Below, piece after piece: positions 42,207 through 42,293 of a DNA stretch of 42,293 nt (positions within the stretch are counted from its first letter, which is position 1; every line of letters begins with the position of its first letter). Origin of the DNA: Actinomycetes bacterium. GTDB lineage: Bacteria; Actinomycetota; Actinomycetes; Mycobacteriales; SCTD01. Below the pieces are notes generated by a model. It was not told where the DNA came from. It searched no databases and was given only the letters and a program-made list of their open reading frames with translations. The translations under genes were made by a program, and so were the position numbers. The stretch lies in NCBI GenBank assembly GCA_046565705.1, contig JBKHYE010000091.1, positions 1 through 42,293 of the forward strand. The letters run 5' to 3'.

Positions 42207-42293
42207 GTGCCCTACACCGTGCTGCTGCAGGACCGCCCGCCCGTCGAGGTCGAGGCCGACGACCACCGCGTCGAGGGCGGGTGGCACGTCTTC
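42207..42293 (+). CDS. 5' end of an unidentified ORF running off the window
   Basis: GTG 42207 lies 8 nt after GAGAGGA. The frame VPYTVLLQDRPPVEVEADDHRVEGGWHVF is open to the window edge. It is too short to classify. Confidence 0.25.
   Translation, partial: MPYTVLLQDRPPVEVEADDHRVEGGWHVF

Overview
About 42.3 kb of very high-GC (~73-75%) chromosomal DNA, clearly from an actinobacterium (Actinomycetota): it carries WhiB-family, BldM-like, F420-reductase-like and PspC/LiaF-type genes. About 40 protein-coding genes are supportable. I saw no rRNA, tRNA, CRISPR array, transposase, integrase or prophage signature. Many long ORFs in the six-frame track are Arg/Ala/Pro/Gly-rich shadow frames lying antisense to, or out of frame with, real genes. 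Gene order, left to right: AccA-like carboxyltransferase (partial), lipase-type hydrolase, M23 peptidase with a ~300-nt structured leader, pcrA, PIG-L deacetylase, membrane proteins, an acVLRF1 (Vms1-like) release-factor-domain protein, and a MerR-divergent operon (His-motif membrane protein, mini-TM protein, cupin). Next come a 45-46-bp tandem repeat array, adaA-alkA/ogt, a hydrolase/HxlR pair, YdeI, LysE, a TipAL-type MerR with an MFS-cNMP fusion, and a PspC-kinase/LuxR-regulator/PspC-LiaF envelope-stress module. The right half holds ppc, an F420-reductase-like gene, an acidic mini-lipoprotein, an FmdB zinc ribbon, guaA, a 1200-aa PAS/GAF/GGDEF/EAL protein, guaB3 and guaB. The window ends with a regulator block (BldM-like response regulator coupled to a degenerate GAF-HisKA_3 kinase-like protein, a TPR-like protein, a CarH/LitR-like B12-MerR, divergent whiD) and an M15 peptidase. 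The most unusual content is that expanded whiD/bldM block, which may be an undescribed sensory input to a developmental circuit. Also notable are a dispersed GC-rich repeat family at two loci, a (GGCAC)5 microsatellite in the ppc leader, and a palindrome flanked by G-tracts in the pcrA leader. All functional calls come from reading motifs by eye, no searches were run, and start codons are best guesses.
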